Part shown: piece by piece, positions 61,201-64,000 of the stretch
Layout: each line of letters begins with the position of its first letter
Position numbering within the stretch: the first letter of the stretch is position 1
NCBI GenBank assembly: GCA_963789265.1
Contig: CAWBKB010000001.1
Span: 1,600,001-1,664,000, forward strand
Source of the DNA: an uncultured delta proteobacterium
GTDB lineage: Bacteria > Desulfobacterota > Desulfomonilia > Desulfomonilales > Desulfomonilaceae
Direction of reading: 5' to 3'
DNA: 64,000 nt
Position numbers and translations under genes: made by a program
The notes under the pieces: generated by a model
The model's input: the letters and a program-made list of their open reading frames with translations, nothing else
Told to the model about the DNA's origin: nothing
The model's database searches: none

Positions 61201-62069
61201 CAATCAATTTCCTGACGGCCCAGGCGGATCACACCATACGGCTGTGGAATACCAAGACTGGTGACCGCATCAAGACCTTGCACGGCCATACTAATCTGGT
61301 AGCCGCACTTTGTTTTTCGCCGAACGGTCGCGAAGTCGCTTCAGGAGGAGACGACCGCTCCGTTCGACTCTGGGACCTGCATACAGGCAAGGAGTCCCTG
61401 GTGTTGAAAGGCCACACGGAAAGCGTCAGTTCTGTGGCATATTCTTACGACGGCACGGCGCTGGCTTCAGGATCCTGGGACGGGACCGTCAAACTGTGGC
61501 GCCTACCGGACGGCGGGCTCATCAGGACCCTTAAGGGCCATGACGACAAAATAACGTCCGTGGCTTTTATCCGTGATGGTGAGCAGATAGCCTCAGCAGG
61601 ATTCGAAGGCACAGTCAAGATCTGGGAGGTCCCTTCAGGTAGAGTGTTGCGGGAACTCAAGGGGCATAAACAGCGAATAATGTGTCTGAGCGTATCGCCC
61701 AAGAGCAATTTCTTGGCCAGCGGCTCAATGGACGGCACTGTCGGACTTTGGGACATCCGCCGAGGATCATTGATAAGGACACTGGAAGTCGATAAGAGCG
61801 GCGTTAGAGCGGTCGCATTTTCACCGGACGAAAACTTCCTGGCCACCGGGGGTAACGACACTGTTTTGAGGATATGGAATGTGCGGACTGGCGAATGTCG
61901 GAGAGAATTTCAGGGGCACACACGCGAAATTACCACTCTGGACTTCTCGTCTAACGGGCGTTTCGTAATCAGCTCGTCAATGGACGGCAGTGTCATGATT
62001 TGGGAGCTGGACTGGGAATGGCGGTTCGATGACAAGAAGGAAATGAAGACGTCGGAACCCTCTTCTTGA
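58203..62069 (+). CDS. Ser/Thr protein kinase with TPRs and two WD40 blocks
   Basis: GGMGAVY, AVK, HRDVKPGN, DFG, GTPSYMAPE; TPR; many GH..WD repeats. Confidence 0.95.
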   Translation: MADEKVIIKITPTPAVQDISRMDLLRLSRMTGLAPEKVNQRISTGKGIAIITRMHPKVEEVAQLLRRIGFSVTTGPVENHKDLLTSPRASSPAQVHEESEWKVGEVIENLYEVRDIKYGGMGAVYLVRHRRWDIMMAVKSLLSRLREIEEDRALFLKEAETWIDIGFHPNIASCYYVRNIQDSPRIFIEYVDGGALNEWLARHSPVGWDLILDLMVQFSDGLEHAHSKGLVHRDVKPGNCMLTKDGVLKVTDFGLTKRRGQSQGSDQTFDPSISGATMTLERESVTAAGMGTPSYMAPEMWIPHSEVGPPADVYAFGVMFFEICCGRKPFVIQAGDKRAKLGLAHVKQAPPRPSTFRSNIPPAIEEMILKCLRKDPLERYGSFRQIRQELAGIYEDICKTRFPRESPDEVKLFSDALNNRAVSLMDLNHEEEAERAFMRAVESDPHHPEAVYNLGLLEWQRTKNPDRELVVRMEEVVKTPEYVGRGANLLGRCLLALGDARKALTACELSLSSEDATEAWLKHYAIALIGVGKEIDAIKHLETYLISFPEDEEAVGWLIGAMVRSGREKEARDKIGSLPDPSEIRHTELQEISRRFFFSGLTETLVLRGHGGWVTCLVQSPKSNLLITGARDRTIKIWDAVTGEELRTLSVVGEPPAALWISPDEQLLAIAASLGDIPVKILDLQSGRFVGHLIAHGGVVTAGGFSPDGKHIVTVEQTGVMRSWEVEHVKAVATFKIPAHTSAAITFDGNSKPVVFISGLDRTVKRILPLDAGTRAFERVHRELVTALKVDRFGEHVLTCGKDKQTITWDARTGKVITVFQAHQDPVTALALSPTGDLSASYDPKGGIKVWDSQSGIVHRNFHAGDGEVNCLEFSSDGERLFAGGKDMSLRIWDVRGRPIFPNMALAKIRPIRKQMKSDRKFKAMVDAAKKAMKRGAFSTAYSMLREAQILPGYERSDVTLDLIVRMKEHGTRLGLRGGWMRRTCETSCSVMDISFSPSAINFLTAQADHTIRLWNTKTGDRIKTLHGHTNLVAALCFSPNGREVASGGDDRSVRLWDLHTGKESLVLKGHTESVSSVAYSYDGTALASGSWDGTVKLWRLPDGGLIRTLKGHDDKITSVAFIRDGEQIASAGFEGTVKIWEVPSGRVLRELKGHKQRIMCLSVSPKSNFLASGSMDGTVGLWDIRRGSLIRTLEVDKSGVRAVAFSPDENFLATGGNDTVLRIWNVRTGECRREFQGHTREITTLDFSSNGRFVISSSMDGSVMIWELDWEWRFDDKKEMKTSEPSS

Positions 62070-62151
62070 CCATATATTCTCGGAAATCCGCGCTGAAGAA
62101 CCGGCCCAGGATTCGTTTTTCCCGAAAAACACCGATGGATTGACAGGCACT

Positions 62152-62796
62152 ATGGAAATGACCGACGAAAAAGATCCGTTATGGACTCTACCCTGTTTTG
62201 AGGTGGAGCTGACTAAAATGCTAAAGTCCCGCAAGAAGAGGACACTTCCTCCTGACGGGATGATCACCGCCGCTGTCCTCGTTCCACTATTTACCAAGAA
62301 CGGTCAACCGCACATTCTTTTGACTCAACGTTCCGACTTTGTTGAACACCACAAGGGAGAGATTTCGTTCCCTGGCGGAAAGCTGGATCCCGCAGATCCG
62401 GATTTCCTTGCGTGCGCTCTTCGTGAGACCGCAGAGGAGGTGGGGGTTGATCCTGAGGATGTACGGATCGTAGGGGAACTGGACGATTTCTACACAGTAG
62501 CAACCGGTTTCCTCGTTGTCCCCTTTGTGGGCTTGATTCCGTATCCGTATGAGTTCCGGCCAAGCGCCCGGGAGATTGCCGGGCTCCTGGACGTTCCCCT
62601 GGAAGTATTCTTCGACCCCACTCGGAGGAGGGAGGAGACGTGGATAATGAAAGGACAACCTAACCAGGTGATTTTCTATGATTGGCATGGACATAACATC
62701 TGGGGCGCCACAGCACGGATTCTCAGACACTTCACCGAACTGGTGGAGGAGTGGCAGTCCAATCGCCACCTTGGAGACAACTGCTGCCCCGAGTAG
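62152..62796 (+). CDS. Nudix CoA pyrophosphatase
   Basis: LLTQRS..HKGEISFPGG..ALRETAEEVG, IWGATA. Confidence 0.93.
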   Translation: MEMTDEKDPLWTLPCFEVELTKMLKSRKKRTLPPDGMITAAVLVPLFTKNGQPHILLTQRSDFVEHHKGEISFPGGKLDPADPDFLACALRETAEEVGVDPEDVRIVGELDDFYTVATGFLVVPFVGLIPYPYEFRPSAREIAGLLDVPLEVFFDPTRRREETWIMKGQPNQVIFYDWHGHNIWGATARILRHFTELVEEWQSNRHLGDNCCPE

Positions 62797-62913
62797 GTTA
62801 TTCCTTCAAACTGTTTGTACCGGTGCGCGATCAAACGGTGAACAATCAAAGAAATACAGCCCGGAATTTGCCTCTCGCGCGTAGGGCTTCATGAATGATT
62901 GAGGGTACCGGAC

Positions 62914-63537
62914 ATGAATACACTTGATGATTTGCCCGACGACTTTCGTGAGTCCGTGCGGTTCCACGGGCATCTTTGCCCCGGGCTTGCCATAGGATAC
63001 GTCGCGGCCAAGGTCGGTTCTCAATTACTTGGCATCGGCACCGCCGAAGATGAAGAAGTCGTGGCTGTAGTGGAGAACAATTCCTGCGCTGTCGATGCGA
63101 TTCAAGTGCTGTTGGGATGCACTTTTGGCAAGGGAAATCTCATCTTCAGGGATTGGGGAAAACAAGTGTTCACTTTCATAGACCGCAAATCGGGCCGCGC
63201 TGTCCGTGTAGCGTTCACTGGGCCCCTGCCCGAACGGGACGAACGCCGTGCCCTGAAGGCCCACATCGATTCCGGCAGTGCCACCGATGCTGATATGGCA
63301 AGGTGGCAGGAGTTGCGCCATCGCGCGGTGAGAAAGCTCATATCGGCAGACCCGCACGACTTCTTCGAGATTCGGGAAGTGCGGGCTGAAGCCCCGCCAA
63401 AAGCAGAAGTGGTGGCCACACAGCCGTGCGGACTCTGCGGCGAGGCAACCGTGATCGCCCGCATGTTGGAAATGGACGGCCGTCTTGTGTGCCGCGACTG
63501 TGCAGACGCCTCCTATGCAGCGTGGGGTATCCTTTAG
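62914..63537 (+). CDS. FmdE-family protein with C-terminal zinc finger
   Basis: FHGHLCPGLAIG, CAVDAIQ..GCTFGKGNL, CGLC..CRDC. Confidence 0.92.
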   Translation: MNTLDDLPDDFRESVRFHGHLCPGLAIGYVAAKVGSQLLGIGTAEDEEVVAVVENNSCAVDAIQVLLGCTFGKGNLIFRDWGKQVFTFIDRKSGRAVRVAFTGPLPERDERRALKAHIDSGSATDADMARWQELRHRAVRKLISADPHDFFEIREVRAEAPPKAEVVATQPCGLCGEATVIARMLEMDGRLVCRDCADASYAAWGIL

Positions 63538-63578
63538 AAGATCGTTCATAATTCAATTCCAATGAAAGTCCGGCACCG

Positions 63579-64000
63579 ATGAAAATTGCAGAACACCTTT
63601 ACGTGCACCTTTGGGCGGATCCTCGTGAAAATAACTGCAACAGCATATTCATAGACGGGAAGGTCCCTCTTCTGATTGATCCGGGACATCGGCATCGAAT
63701 TGAGAGCCTTGTGGACCGTATTCGGGGAGACGGCGTGGATCCCGCGCGCCTCAAATTGATCATTTGCACCCACGCGCATCCGGACCACTTCGAGGGCGCA
63801 GAGGCTCTCAGAGATAAGTCGGTGAAAGTGGCCATGTCCCGGCAAGAGGAAGACTATGTCGAGGAGATCGGGCGCATCACGTACACTCAACAAGGACTTG
63901 CAATGCCTGACTACCACGTTGACTTTCATCTGAAGGATGGAGACCTGGTTCTGGGAAGACATCAGTTTCAAATACTTCTGACTCCGGGGCACAGTCCAGG
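63579..64000 (+). CDS. MBL-fold metallohydrolase (partial, runs off the window)
   Basis: Own translation: MKIAEHLYV..NCNS..LIDPG..THAHPDH..TPGHSP. Confidence 0.85.
   Translation, partial: MKIAEHLYVHLWADPRENNCNSIFIDGKVPLLIDPGHRHRIESLVDRIRGDGVDPARLKLIICTHAHPDHFEGAEALRDKSVKVAMSRQEEDYVEEIGRITYTQQGLAMPDYHVDFHLKDGDLVLGRHQFQILLTPGHSP

Noticed and set aside
63546..63992. 148-aa minus-strand ORF
   Set aside because: Shadow of the plus-strand MBL hydrolase
1..64000. CRISPR array, tRNA/rRNA, reverse transcriptase (retron/DGR), prophage
   Set aside because: No regularly spaced repeats, cloverleafs, RT motifs or phage genes seen by eye

Overview
64-kb bacterial chromosomal segment. Gene content and style suggest an anaerobic deltaproteobacterium, possibly Desulfomonile-like (inference only). 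Core genes: xseA, trmFO, rlpA, rpsB-tsf-pyrH-frr-uppS-cdsA-dxr, gmhA, a Lon-type protease, an RNase II/R-family gene, a Nudix CoA pyrophosphatase and FmdE. Three IS elements have definable ends: ISAzo13 abutting a truncated duplicate of a GNAT gene; IS1182 inserted at the apex of a hairpin MITE with similar ends; and a 2.9-kb IS1595-family cargo element. Intergenic space holds many REP/MITE-like palindromes. The strongest novelty candidates are (1) the IS1595 element, carrying a HEPN-motif protein, a stand-alone GIY-YIG nuclease, a coupled micro-ORF and a multi-hairpin putative ncRNA between convergent promoters, and (2) an hfsABC-like hydrogenase-sensor cassette in which the [FeFe]-hydrogenase sensor is replaced by a membrane Cache-like/HAMP/degenerate HisKA/REC module, followed by an unknown duplicated-domain protein. 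Six single-base +1 frameshifts in five genes look like sequencing or assembly errors. All family calls come from motif recognition by eye; no searches were run.
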